64,000 nucleotides of DNA from an uncultured Desulfospira sp. (GCA_963663165.1 OY760175.1:4992001-5056000), one strand, 5' to 3'. Positions 18,707-28,738 are shown, counted from the first letter of the stretch. The notes: a model not told the origin generated them from the letters alone. Program-made: numbers and translations.

Positions 18707-19474
18707 TTATTGGTTGGCCGGCTGACCGAGGTAAGCTTCAATTACCTTGGGGTTGCTCTGGATTTCCTGGGAATCCCCCTCGGCTATTTTTACCCCATGA
18801 TCAACACAGACAATATGATCACACACCCCCATGACCACTTTCATGTCATGCTCCACTAGCAATACATCAATCCCCAGGTCTTTTATTCTCATAATATCAC
18901 GCATCAGCTCGGAAGATTCAGACGGGTTCATGCCGGCAGCAGGCTCATCTAACAGCAGCACCTTAGGTTCCGAGGCAATGGCCCGGGCAATCTCCAGGCG
19001 TCGCTGAAGCCCGTAGGGCAGGCTGGATGCCACGGCATCGGCAAAGGCGTCCACGCCCATGAAGGACAGGGCCTCCATGGCCTTTTCCTTGATCCGGGCC
19101 TCCTCCCGCTTCTGGGACGGGGTCCGGAAAATGGAACCCACAATCCCTTTTGAAGTCCGGCAGTGCCGGGCCACCATAGCGTTTTCCACGGCGGTCATGG
19201 CGGAAAACAGCCGGATGTTCTGAAAGGTTCTGGCAATGCCTTTTTCAAAGATCACATAAGGGCGTTTGCCCAGGATGCTTTTCCCGTCAAATACCACATC
19301 CCCTTTGGATGCCTGGTAAACCCCTGTCAGGACGTTAAAAACCGTAGTCTTTCCTGCGCCATTGGGCCCAATCAGTCCGACCACCCGGCCGTTTCCGATG
19401 GTAAAGCTCAAATCCGAAAGGGCCAGCAGTCCGCCAAATCTTACGCTGATGTTTTTCAGTTCTAATGTTGCCAT
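18707..19474 (-). CDS. livG: Branched-chain amino acid ABC transporter ATP-binding protein
   Basis: FGGL.A, GPNGAGKTT, ARTFQNIRLF, LPYG.QRRLEIARA, LDEPAAGMN. Confidence 0.93.
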   Translation of the reverse strand: MATLELKNISVRFGGLLALSDLSFTIGNGRVVGLIGPNGAGKTTVFNVLTGVYQASKGDVVFDGKSILGKRPYVIFEKGIARTFQNIRLFSAMTAVENAMVARHCRTSKGIVGSIFRTPSQKREEARIKEKAMEALSFMGVDAFADAVASSLPYGLQRRLEIARAIASEPKVLLLDEPAAGMNPSESSELMRDIMRIKDLGIDVLLVEHDMKVVMGVCDHIVCVDHGVKIAEGDSQEIQSNPKVIEAYLGQPANQ

Positions 19475-19821
19475 AAAAGAATTTTAATCCGTAACTTTTG
19501 CACCTGGAATCGTCGCCGCTTTCCTAATTGCGTTGCGGCCGTCAGCCGTCAAAATATTGTTCCAAATGTCTTCAGAAAACGCTCTTAAAGAGCCCCATAG
19601 CTTGATCTTAAGCTATCCCTGTAGCCCATCTGCTTTTCATTGTCAATAACAAACCCGGGCGGTTTTATCCCCAAATCACTGGAAAACCGGGTGGCACCGG
19701 GTCAAAAAAATTATAATGGTCCAACCATCTGCACCCGCTTTGCGTAAATATCCGTTTCCTTTTTTGGTTAAATTATAGAGAACGGATGATGTCGGATTCC
19801 TCCGGACATGATCAACATATC

Positions 19822-19837
19822 AGCAAACCCAGTGCCA
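19822..19837 (-). promoter_or_regulatory. sigma54 (-24/-12) promoter of liv operon
   Basis: Minus strand TGGCACTGGGTTTGCT, exact TGGCAC-N5-TTGCT; AT-rich tract upstream. Confidence 0.8.
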
Positions 19838-20206
19838 GGCAAAATAGTTTTTTTAAATTTTAATATAAAGCTTTGAATTTTAAGTGAGTTAATTTAAACC
19901 GGAATTTTGGTGAAAAAATACCACAGGAATGAAGGAAATATAAACAAACAAAAATGTAAAATTAAATTTGTCGGATAAAGACATTTTTGAAATAAAAAAT
20001 TCGTGTGATACATGATCGGCATTGCTGGGCACTGAAAAGAAGGCGTGAAAAATAATTTTGATCACGTTTTTGTGTTTTTAGCGTGGGTCTTGCCGTGAAC
20101 GGCTGGTGTTTTAGCGTGTTGCGGCATAAGTGTAGCGAAAGTTAAATTTTTGCTTTACATTTGCATTGACATTGAATTATTCTGGGACAAAACAGGAGAT
20201 TTGAAT

Positions 20207-20842
20207 ATGCAGCCCCGGTTAACCCCCAAGCAGGAGACCGTGCTGGCCTATCTGAAGCAGGCCATTAAAAAAAACGGCACCACCCCCAGCCTTAGAAGTG
20301 CCGCCGCAGACCTTTCCATCAGCCACGCGGCCGTGGCCCAGATCCTCAAGACCCTGGAAGACAAGGGGCATATCCGGCGGGAGGGCCGGTATTCCAGGTC
20401 CATCCATATCCTTGCCCGGGCCGGAAGCCTGGATGCGGTTCACCGGCACAAGCAGATTCCCATCATCGGCCATATCACCGCCGGGCTGCCCATGTATGCC
20501 CAGCAGGAATGGGAGGGCAGTCTCCTGGTGGATGACGCCGTATATCCGGGGCCGGACCTGTTTGCCTTGAAAATCCATGGGTCATCCATGAAAAACGCCG
20601 GGATACTGGATCAGGATATCGCAGTCTGCCGTCCCCGGCAGTACGCCCGGGACCGGGAGATTGTTGTGGCCCTGATCCGCAATGAAGAGGCCACGGTAAA
20701 GCGATTTTTCCTCCATGGAGAAACCATTGAGCTGCGGCCGGAAAATCCGGATTTCCAGCCCCGGTTTTACGATTTTGACGAAATTTTGATACAGGGAAAG
20801 GTAATCGGTATTATCCGGCCGCCCCAGGGAATGGTGCCATGA
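20207..20842 (+). CDS. lexA: LexA repressor
   Basis: N-terminal wHTH (LT.KQ..VL, TPS), ITAG cleavage site, GSSM and ATVKR catalytic Ser/Lys; AGGAG RBS. Confidence 0.92.
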   Translation: MQPRLTPKQETVLAYLKQAIKKNGTTPSLRSAAADLSISHAAVAQILKTLEDKGHIRREGRYSRSIHILARAGSLDAVHRHKQIPIIGHITAGLPMYAQQEWEGSLLVDDAVYPGPDLFALKIHGSSMKNAGILDQDIAVCRPRQYARDREIVVALIRNEEATVKRFFLHGETIELRPENPDFQPRFYDFDEILIQGKVIGIIRPPQGMVP

Positions 20843-21669
20843 GTTTTGAAAGAGACCTTAACACCAGCTGCGAACTTCTGGTGGGAACCAGCGGGTATTC
20901 CTACTCTGAATGGGTGGATGCCGGGTTTTATCCTGCCGGGACCCATTCGGCTGACATGCTTTCCCGGTATGCCGCGGTATTTAAGGTAACCGAGCTTAAC
21001 TTCACCTGGTACCAGATGCCCAAGGCCCCGGCCATGGAACGTATGGCTGCCCGGGTGGCGGAAGGATTCCAATTCGCTGTTAAACTGACCCGGACCCTGA
21101 CCCATGAAATCCGTCAGGATCAGTGGCAGGGCCAGGCCAGGGAATTCTGCCAGGGGATAGAACCGTTAAAAGAGGCGGGAATGCTGTTGTGCGTTCTGAT
21201 TCAGTTTCCGCCGTATTTTAAGCGAACTGTTGATTCCCGCCGGTACCTGGCCCTCCTTCTGGATGAATTGGCCAGAACCGCTGACGTGTCCCTGGCTGTG
21301 GAATTCCGCCACCATTCCTGGGTCAATGACCGGGTATTTGTCGAATTTGAACGGCGCAGGATATCCCTGGTTACCGTGGATGAGCCGGACCTGCCCTATT
21401 TGTTTCCCCGGCTTGCCGTGGTCACCAGCCCGGATTTGTTTTACGTGCGTTTTCACGGCAGAAATCGCAACGGGTGGGGATCGGGCAGCATGCAGCAGCA
21501 GTTCGACTACCATTATTCAGAACCGGAGCTGGCAGAGTGGGCCGCTTTTGTTCAACAAAACATGGCGCCGGCAGCCCGTCAGGGGGTTTTATTTTTCAAC
21601 AACCACGTGCGGGGGCAGGCCCCGGCCAATGCACAAACGTTAAATAAGCTTTTAGCCGTTAGCGATTAG
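20839..21669 (+). CDS. DUF72 domain protein
   Basis: VGTSGYSY..W, ELNFTWY, QFPP.F, VEFRH.SW, YVRFHGRN, FFNN. Confidence 0.9.
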   Translation: MSFERDLNTSCELLVGTSGYSYSEWVDAGFYPAGTHSADMLSRYAAVFKVTELNFTWYQMPKAPAMERMAARVAEGFQFAVKLTRTLTHEIRQDQWQGQAREFCQGIEPLKEAGMLLCVLIQFPPYFKRTVDSRRYLALLLDELARTADVSLAVEFRHHSWVNDRVFVEFERRRISLVTVDEPDLPYLFPRLAVVTSPDLFYVRFHGRNRNGWGSGSMQQQFDYHYSEPELAEWAAFVQQNMAPAARQGVLFFNNHVRGQAPANAQTLNKLLAVSD

Positions 21670-21699
21670 CCATTAGCTTGGGGTGTCCTGCTAACAGCT
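21651..21699. repeat. Heptamer array overlapping the DUF72 stop codon
   Basis: tttagccgttagcgattagccattagc...gctaacagc. Confidence 0.6.
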
Positions 21700-21714
21700 T
21701 TCGCGAGAACCATC

Positions 21715-22914
21715 ATGGAACGGTCCATCATCCACCTGAACATTGCCGATTTTGCCGCAGCCGTAGAAACCCGGATGTCCCCGGGGCTTACCGGCTTCCC
21801 CCTGATCATCGCCCCTGCCGGAACGGCCCGGGCCGTTGTGTTTGACATGAACAACAAGGCTTTTGAGGAAGGGGTCAGAAAAGGCATGCCCCTGGTCCGG
21901 GCCTGCCGCCTGGTTTCCGGGGCTAAAGTCCTGCCGCCCCGGTTCAACCGGTATGGACAGGTCATGAGACAGATTGCCGGCAAGGCCCTGGCCTACACCC
22001 CTAAAGTGGAGCCGGGCCGGGAGGACGGCCACATTTTCCTGGATGTCACTGGCACCTCCAGGCTTTTCGGCCCGGCCGTGGATGTGGCCTTTCGCCTGAA
22101 AAAAACCGTTAAAAAAGACCTGGGCCTGGATCCTATCTGGTCCCTGGCCACCAGCAAGACCGTGGCCAAGGTGGCCACCCGCCTGGTCAAGCCCGTTGGG
22201 GAATACATTGTGGGGGCCGGAGAGGAGGAGGGGTTTTTATCCCCATTGCCTCTTTGTCTGATTCCCGGGCTTAAGCAGGATGAGCTTTCCCTCCTTAAAT
22301 CCTTTAATTTGTCAACGGTTGACGGGCTTAAGGGGCTAAGCCTGTCACAGCTGGAGGTTCCGTTCCCCGGCAGATCACGGATGGTTCATGACCTGCTTCG
22401 GGGCGTAGATCCCGCCCCGGTATTGCCGGATCAAATGGGGGCCGGAAACCGGGTCCGGGCCGGCCGGGAATTTGCCCGGGATACCAATGACCAGGAGGTG
22501 ATTAAGGCTGGTCTTTACGCTTTGGTAGAAGAGATCTGCATATCCCTTCGGCAGCAGGGACTGGTGATAAAATCCTTTCGCATTGTCCTGTCCCATTCCG
22601 ACGGAATTCAATGTTCCGCCAAAGGGAAGCTGACCCCGTGGGGGGATGCCGAGTCCGCCGTATTCAAGGCCTGCACCCGGATTCTGGCCCGGGCATGGAC
22701 CCGGCGGGTAAGGGTCCGCCATATGGAACTGATCTGTGAAAAGGCGATTTCCCCGGCCTTGCAGGGAGACCTGTTCGGTGAGCTGCCGGGCAAAAAACAG
22801 CTGGAACGGCAGGCCCGGCTGGCCCAAACCCTGGATAAAATCCGGGACAAATTCGGCCCTGGCGCTGTGAGGCCGGGGTTGGCGCTGGCGGGGGATGACG
22901 GCACCCCACGATGA
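21715..22914 (+). CDS. imuB: Y-family DNA polymerase homologue, probably catalytically inactive (ImuB-like)
   Basis: DinB-fold motifs (IIHL...FAAAVE, GV.KGM, KTVAKVA..KP.G) but catalytic acidic motifs degenerate; QGDLF clamp-binding motif; abuts dnaE2. Confidence 0.8.
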   Translation: MERSIIHLNIADFAAAVETRMSPGLTGFPLIIAPAGTARAVVFDMNNKAFEEGVRKGMPLVRACRLVSGAKVLPPRFNRYGQVMRQIAGKALAYTPKVEPGREDGHIFLDVTGTSRLFGPAVDVAFRLKKTVKKDLGLDPIWSLATSKTVAKVATRLVKPVGEYIVGAGEEEGFLSPLPLCLIPGLKQDELSLLKSFNLSTVDGLKGLSLSQLEVPFPGRSRMVHDLLRGVDPAPVLPDQMGAGNRVRAGREFARDTNDQEVIKAGLYALVEEICISLRQQGLVIKSFRIVLSHSDGIQCSAKGKLTPWGDAESAVFKACTRILARAWTRRVRVRHMELICEKAISPALQGDLFGELPGKKQLERQARLAQTLDKIRDKFGPGAVRPGLALAGDDGTPR

Positions 22915-25900
22915 TCCCCCTGAGCCTGAGATCCCATTATTCCCTCATGTGGGGAGTTCCGTCGATCAAGGAACTGTGCCGGCATGGGGCCGCCCTGGGG
23001 TATCGCCGCATGGCCCTGACCGATACGGATAACCTTTACGGCATGTGGGATTTTATTGCGGAATGCCGGTATAACGGTATTTCGCCCATTATCGGGGCTG
23101 AGGTCACGGACCCGGTTGAATCCCACAGGGCGGTCTGCCTGGTTAAAAACAGCCAGGGCTTTACCGGGCTGTGCCAGTTGCTGACCCGGCGCCACAGGGA
23201 TGAATCCTTTAATTTAAAACAACGCCTTCCCGAATTTTCCCAGGGGTTGCTGGTGCTGACCAAATCCCCGGAGCTGTTACGGTTCTTTCACAGTCATGAA
23301 GTGGATCTGGCCGCCTTTATGCCCCGGTGTCCGTCCGCCGGCCACCGGGACCTGATGGGGCTTTCCCGTAAACTTGGGCTGCCCGTGACGGCCGGGCCGG
23401 GCAGTTTTTTTCTCCACCCTGGAGATGCGGCGCTGCATGCCATGCGCCGGGCCATCGACCGGAATACCTGTGTAAGCCGCCTTGCCCCAGGCCAGGTCGC
23501 GCCGGACAATGCCTTTTGGGGTCCTGCCGGGCTTTATGAACAGCGGTTCTCGGCATTCCCACAGGTCCTGGAAACCAGCCGAAAGCTTGCGGAAAAGCTG
23601 GAATTTGAAGGGCCTGATTTTGGCATTGTCATGCCCCCGTGGCCCAAAGAGACCTGCCCGGCCCATGAGGTCCTGCGAAGAAAAACCCTGGAAGGGGCTG
23701 CCAAACGATATAAAACCCCGCTTGAGCCCCGGGTTGTCCAAAGGATCGACCATGAGCTGAACATTATCCAGCAGAAAAATTTTTGCTCCTATTTTTTAAC
23801 GGTCCAGGACATTGTGTCCGGGGCCTCCCGGATCTGCGGCCGGGGGTCCGGGGCAGCATCTCTTGTGGCCTACTGCCTGGGGATCACCAATGTCTGTCCC
23901 TTGAAACACGATCTGTACTTTGAACGGTTTCTTAACCCGGATCGAAAAGATCCGCCGGATATTGACGTTGATTTCGCCTGGGATGAACGGGACGACCTTC
24001 TGGAGCAGGTTCTGAACCGGTTTAAAGGGCACAGCGCCATGGTGTCAAGCCATATTCTGTTCCAGCCCCGGATGGCGGTCCGGGAGGTTGCCCGGGTTTT
24101 CGGCCTGCCTGACCGGGAAATTTCAAAAGTTTCCAAACGGATGCCCTGGTTCTGGAATCAGGATATGGTAGGCCTGGATCTGCTGGAATTTATTAAAAAA
24201 GATCCTAAATTTAAATTTACGGATTTTCCTGAACCCTGGCCAGAGATCATGGCCCATGCAAGGGCCCTTGTGGGAAGCCCCCGGCATTTGTCTGTCCATC
24301 CCGGCGGTGTGGTGATCACGCCTTCTCCCATTGACCATTATGTGCCCATTGAAACCGCGCCCAAGGGCATTGCCCTGATGCAGTGGGACAAGGACGGGGC
24401 GGAAACCGCCGGCTTAGTCAAGATCGATCTTCTGGGCAACCGGAGCTTAGGCGTGATCCGGGATGCGGTGGAAAGCATCCGGGTATCTGCCGGAAAATTT
24501 GACGATTTTGAGCAGATAGACCCGGAAGATGATCCCAAAACCCAGGAAACCGTGGCTGACGGCCGAACCATGGGCTGTTTTTATATCGAAAGCCCGGCCA
24601 CCCGCCTGCTCCAGAAAAAATCAAAGGTCGGGGATTTTAACCATGTGGTCATTCATTCCTCGATTATCCGGCCGGCGGCCAACGACTATATCAAGCTTTA
24701 CCTTGAGCGGCTCCACACCGGGGTTTGGGACCCTATCCACCCTCTGATCGGGGATCTTTTAGACGAGACTTTCGGCATCATGGTTTATCAGGAGGACGTT
24801 TCGAGGGTGGCGGTCCGCATGGCCGGGTTTGGCCATGCCAAAGCAGACGGTCTGCGCAAGATCATGTCCAAAAAGGACAAGACCCGGGAGCTGGCCGATT
24901 TTTACCGGCAGTTTGAGCTGGGCGCGGCCCGAAAAGGGGCCGGTCTCAAGGATATTCAGACGGTCTGGAACATGATTGTAAGTTTTTCCGGTTATTCCTT
25001 TTGCAAGCCCCATTCCGCCTCCTATGCAAGGGTTTCTTTTCAGGCGGCCTATTTGAAAACCCATTACCCGGCCCCGTTCATGGCCGCTGTTATCAGCAAT
25101 CAGGGCGGGTTTTATTCCACCTTTGCCTATGTGTCCGAGGCCCGTCGGGCAGGACTGGCCATTCTGGGGCCGGACGTCCAGGAAAGCAAAATCCGGTGGG
25201 AAGGAAAAGGCCGGAACCTGAGGGTGGGGCTGATGGCGGTAAAGGGGCTTGGCCGGGAGACCATGAACCGGATTATAACGGAGCGGGATAAAAGCGCTTT
25301 CACAGACCTGGAGGATTTCTTAAGCCGGGTTGGGCCCCGGAAAGATGAGATAACGGCCCTGATTCACAGCGGCTGCCTGGACCGGTTTGGCATGGAAAAG
25401 GGCCGGGGAGCGCTGTTATGGGCATCGGCCTGCCGGGCCAGGCCGGGTAAAACAAAACAGGTTAGGCCCTTTGAGCCCTCTTTGTTTGATGTTGCGGCAA
25501 TGGCGCCGGATCCGCCTGAACTTCCGCCGGACAACCCCATGGACCGGTTCAGGCAGGAATTCGGGGTGCTGGGGTTTTTATGCGCCTGTCATCCCATGGT
25601 TCTTTACAGGGAAGTTATTGAAAAGGAAAATTCAATTAAAGCTGACCAGCTGCCCGCCTGTGTGGGTCGGCAGGTGGTGTTTGCCGGATGGCTGATTTCC
25701 GGTAAGACCGTTCAGACCAAACAGGGGGAGCCCATGAAATTTCTTACCTTTGAAGATGAAACCGGCCTGGTTGAAACCGTGTTTTTTCCCCAACCCTATG
25801 TCCGGTTCTGCCACATGCTGACCTATGGCCGCCCGTATTTTCTCAAGGGAAAGGTCGAATCCGACTGGGGAGCCGTGACCCTGACCGTTTCTGTGACCTG

Positions 25901-25940
25901 GCCGGTTCCCGCCGGCAGGGATAAAAATTCAAAAATGTAG
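22911..25940 (+). CDS. dnaE2: Error-prone DNA polymerase III alpha subunit
   Basis: PHP domain (SHYSL, ALTD), GRGSGA.SLV, FERFLNP.R..PDIDVD, HPGG, YSFCKPHS, C-terminal OB fold; 1009 aa in a LexA-led cassette. Confidence 0.9.
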   Translation: MIPLSLRSHYSLMWGVPSIKELCRHGAALGYRRMALTDTDNLYGMWDFIAECRYNGISPIIGAEVTDPVESHRAVCLVKNSQGFTGLCQLLTRRHRDESFNLKQRLPEFSQGLLVLTKSPELLRFFHSHEVDLAAFMPRCPSAGHRDLMGLSRKLGLPVTAGPGSFFLHPGDAALHAMRRAIDRNTCVSRLAPGQVAPDNAFWGPAGLYEQRFSAFPQVLETSRKLAEKLEFEGPDFGIVMPPWPKETCPAHEVLRRKTLEGAAKRYKTPLEPRVVQRIDHELNIIQQKNFCSYFLTVQDIVSGASRICGRGSGAASLVAYCLGITNVCPLKHDLYFERFLNPDRKDPPDIDVDFAWDERDDLLEQVLNRFKGHSAMVSSHILFQPRMAVREVARVFGLPDREISKVSKRMPWFWNQDMVGLDLLEFIKKDPKFKFTDFPEPWPEIMAHARALVGSPRHLSVHPGGVVITPSPIDHYVPIETAPKGIALMQWDKDGAETAGLVKIDLLGNRSLGVIRDAVESIRVSAGKFDDFEQIDPEDDPKTQETVADGRTMGCFYIESPATRLLQKKSKVGDFNHVVIHSSIIRPAANDYIKLYLERLHTGVWDPIHPLIGDLLDETFGIMVYQEDVSRVAVRMAGFGHAKADGLRKIMSKKDKTRELADFYRQFELGAARKGAGLKDIQTVWNMIVSFSGYSFCKPHSASYARVSFQAAYLKTHYPAPFMAAVISNQGGFYSTFAYVSEARRAGLAILGPDVQESKIRWEGKGRNLRVGLMAVKGLGRETMNRIITERDKSAFTDLEDFLSRVGPRKDEITALIHSGCLDRFGMEKGRGALLWASACRARPGKTKQVRPFEPSLFDVAAMAPDPPELPPDNPMDRFRQEFGVLGFLCACHPMVLYREVIEKENSIKADQLPACVGRQVVFAGWLISGKTVQTKQGEPMKFLTFEDETGLVETVFFPQPYVRFCHMLTYGRPYFLKGKVESDWGAVTLTVSVTWPVPAGRDKNSKM

Positions 25941-26218
25941 ATTCCATGCCAACCCCAAAATCCGTTTGGGGCAGGCGAAATTATGGTATTGGCCGGGCAT
26001 TATGGCTATGGTGCAGGGGAAGGTCTGGAAATTTCACCATGGAGAATAAAAAAATATATTTTATTACAAAAACGTATTGGCAGTTCCGGTAGAAATGCAC
26101 ATTTTTGAAATTAAATTCACGAATTTTTGCTCATTCGATGGATTTAAGAATGGGGGTGCAAATTGAAAAATTGTATTTTCAAATGGTTAGGATGTTATAG
26201 GCCATATTTTGATGTTCA

Positions 26219-26234
26219 TGGCACATCATTTGCT
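26219..26234 (+). promoter_or_regulatory. sigma54 (-24/-12) promoter of amt
   Basis: TGGCACATCATTTGCT, exact consensus. Confidence 0.85.
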
Positions 26235-26417
26235 AGTTCTTGACAAAGGTATGTTCCACGAAAAAACAAAATTGGAAGGTGTCCGTACGCTGATTTTAGT
26301 TTGCCTGGGATAAGATGGCCGGGGTTTGGCAGCCGGCAGTTCCGGGCAGGTTTTAGGCAAATTATCTGAACACGGGCAGTTTTCACAAACCAGGAGACAA
26401 GAGTGAGGAAAAAAAGC

Positions 26418-27713
26418 ATGAAACTGAAACAGAGCCTGATGACCCTTGTAGTTTTACTGTTCAACGCAGTACCCCTTTTTGCAGCCGATGCCGCCCTGGA
26501 TTCCGGGGATACGGCCTGGGTGACCATTTCAACGGCCCTGGTCATGATGATGACCCCTGCAGGGCTCGCCCTTTTTTACGGCGGCATGTCCCGGTACAAA
26601 AACGTTTTGAATACCATGGCCATGACCCTGGTAGCTTACTGCCTGGCATCCGTGGTCTGGGTGGGATGGGGATACTCCCTGGCATTCGGCGAAAGTGAAA
26701 CCCTGCTCATCGGCAATTTAAAGCATTTCATGCTCGGCGGCATAACTACCGCTTCCCTTTCCGGAACCATCCCGACCTTAATCTTTGTCCTGTTCCAGAT
26801 GACCTTTGCCTGTATTTCCGTGGCCATTATCCTGGGGGCGGCCGTTGACCGGATGAAATTTTCTTCCTGGATCATCTTCTCTGTCCTTTGGATAACCTTT
26901 GTCTACGCGCCGGTATGCAACTGGGTCTGGGGCGGTGGGTGGATGCACAAAATGGGCGCACTGGATTTTGCCGGCGGAAATGTGGTGCATATTAATGCCG
27001 GGGTTTCCGGCCTGGTCCTGGCCCTGACCCTGGGCAAACGCAAAGGGTATGGCAAAGAGGCCATGATCCCTTCGAGTGTGACCTTTACAGCCCTTGGCGC
27101 CGCCCTGCTCTGGTTTGGGTGGTTCGGTTTTAACGCCGGGTCCGAACTGGCTGCGGACGGTGTGGCGGCTTCAGCGTTTATGGTTACCAATACAGCTGCC
27201 TCTGCTGCAGGCCTTGCCTGGCTTTTTATTGAATGGAGCATCAGCAAAAAACCCACCCTGCTGGGGCTTGCTTCAGGCGCCATTGCAGGGCTTGTGGGCA
27301 TTACACCGGCCGCCGGGTTTGTCACGCTTGGCGGGGCCCTGGTTATCGGGATTGTGGCTGGTGGTGTGGGATATTATGGTGTGGCCGTCCTCAAGCACAA
27401 ACTGGGATATGACGATTCCCTGGATGCATTTGGTATCCACGGCCTGTGCGGTATCTGGGGTGCCCTGGCCACGGGGCTTTTTGCCTCCCCGTCGGTTACC
27501 GAAGGTGCCGCAGGTCTTTTTTACGGCAATCCCGGACAGGTCTGGACCCAGTTGGTTTCCATCGTTGCCACCATTGCCTTCAGTGCCATTGCCACCCTCA
27601 TTGTCGTGTCTATTACCCGGATTCTCACCGGCGGCTTAAGGGTTGAAAAAGAAGACGAGCTCAGGGGTCTTGATAATGCCCTGCATGGGGAACGGGCCTT
27701 TGAAATTGAATAG
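26418..27713 (+). CDS. amtB: Ammonium transporter
   Basis: GLALFYGG, FQMTFA, DFAGGNVVHINAG, WFGWFGFNAGS, DDSLDAFGIHG, GLD..LHGE. Confidence 0.95.
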   Translation: MKLKQSLMTLVVLLFNAVPLFAADAALDSGDTAWVTISTALVMMMTPAGLALFYGGMSRYKNVLNTMAMTLVAYCLASVVWVGWGYSLAFGESETLLIGNLKHFMLGGITTASLSGTIPTLIFVLFQMTFACISVAIILGAAVDRMKFSSWIIFSVLWITFVYAPVCNWVWGGGWMHKMGALDFAGGNVVHINAGVSGLVLALTLGKRKGYGKEAMIPSSVTFTALGAALLWFGWFGFNAGSELAADGVAASAFMVTNTAASAAGLAWLFIEWSISKKPTLLGLASGAIAGLVGITPAAGFVTLGGALVIGIVAGGVGYYGVAVLKHKLGYDDSLDAFGIHGLCGIWGALATGLFASPSVTEGAAGLFYGNPGQVWTQLVSIVATIAFSAIATLIVVSITRILTGGLRVEKEDELRGLDNALHGERAFEIE

Positions 27714-27715
27714 TT

Positions 27716-27786
27716 GTTTGAACGAACAGTTGCCCGCCTGCTGTGCTGCAGAAAAATTTGCATATAGGGCAGCTGTTCGTCCCAAC
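27716..27786 (-). repeat. MITE-like repeat family B, internally deleted copy with terminal inverted repeat
   Basis: acgaacagttgccc (27722) / gggcagctgttcgt (27767); reverse complement matches 1-47. Confidence 0.65.
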
Positions 27787-27902
27787 ACCGGTTTTGGTCA
27801 GGGCAGTAAATTTTATAAGAAACTGGAGACAAGAAACAAGAGACAAGAGGGCGAAGCACCTGCGGTGCCCAATTTATAGTCTACCGTTGCTGGTATCTTC
27901 AG

Positions 27903-27963
27903 TTTCATTATTCGTTGTGGACGGTGCTTGGTTGGATAATCCAAGCCGTCCGTGACGGTTATA
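27903..27963 (-). repeat. Structured repeat family A, locus 2 (single unit, minus strand)
   Basis: Reverse complement identical over 50 nt to the unit starting at 28739. Confidence 0.88.
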
Positions 27964-27981
27964 AGAAATCTGACCGAACAT

Positions 27982-28043
27982 AAAAAAAGGGGGCTGCAAG
28001 GGTCTCCGGAGAAAATCCGGATGTTCTGCAGCCCCCTTTTTTT
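27982..28043. terminator. Bidirectional intrinsic terminator
   Basis: A7-GGGGGCTGCA...TGCAGCCCCC-T7 between convergent amtB and EF-hand gene. Confidence 0.75.
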
Positions 28044-28072
28044 CATGATTTGGGGGGAATAAAAATCTGGGA

Positions 28073-28708
28073 TTAAACCACGAGGCTGGAAAAAATGCTG
28101 TCGCCGGATGAATCCGCATCCCCTGCCAGAAGGCTCAAGAAATTGGCGTTGGCTTTTTCATAAGCGCTGATGGCAAAGGATGTAATCGAAGTCAAATCAT
28201 CTTCTTCCTCATCATCTTCTTCCGCCATGCCGCCGGGAGGCGGTCCACCGGCTGCTGCGCCGCCTTCAGGGGCCGAGGCCAGGTACGCTTCAAGTTCATC
28301 TTCACTGATGAAGCCGTCCCCGTCGCTGTCCGCCGTTGCAAACATCTCTTCGGTCAGGGGTGTTTCTTCGATGGACAGAAGGCCGTCCCCATCCTCATCA
28401 TCGGATTCCATAATGGAGGCCGCGTCCATTGCCGGAGGGGCCTGGCCAGGGCCTGCCGCCATGTAGGCTTCAAGTTCTTCCCGGGTCAGATAGCCGTCAC
28501 TGTCGCTGTCTGCCGTGTTGAACATGTCCTGGGACAGCGCGGTCTCTTCAAGGGTTAAAACCCCGTCGCTGTCGGCATCGTCCTGGGCAATGAGTTCTGC
28601 CGCGCTTTGGATCTGTTCGTAGTCCTGTGAAACCGAACTGGACTGGAGCATTCCCGAAGCGCTGGTCAGGCTGTACAAAATGGACTGTCCTACGCTGTTA
28701 ACATTCAT
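28073..28708 (-). CDS. Acidic EF-hand (Ca2+-binding) protein
   Basis: Four DxDxDG loops (DADSDGVLT, DSDSDGYLT, DEDGDGLLS, DSDGDGFIS) in two internal repeats; GGAG RBS. Confidence 0.85.
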   Translation of the reverse strand: MNVNSVGQSILYSLTSASGMLQSSSVSQDYEQIQSAAELIAQDDADSDGVLTLEETALSQDMFNTADSDSDGYLTREELEAYMAAGPGQAPPAMDAASIMESDDEDGDGLLSIEETPLTEEMFATADSDGDGFISEDELEAYLASAPEGGAAAGGPPPGGMAEEDDEEEDDLTSITSFAISAYEKANANFLSLLAGDADSSGDSIFSSLVV

Positions 28709-28738
28709 TGTGATCTCCTCTTGTCAATTTTGGTTCCG

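Noticed and set aside
19700..19770. c-di-GMP-I riboswitch (ACGCAAAGC on the minus strand)
   Set aside because: Flanking GGCAAAC/GNRA stem and second helix not found
20100..20206. LexA (SOS) box upstream of lexA
   Set aside because: No convincing palindrome or known box recognised, and none shared with the ssb upstream region
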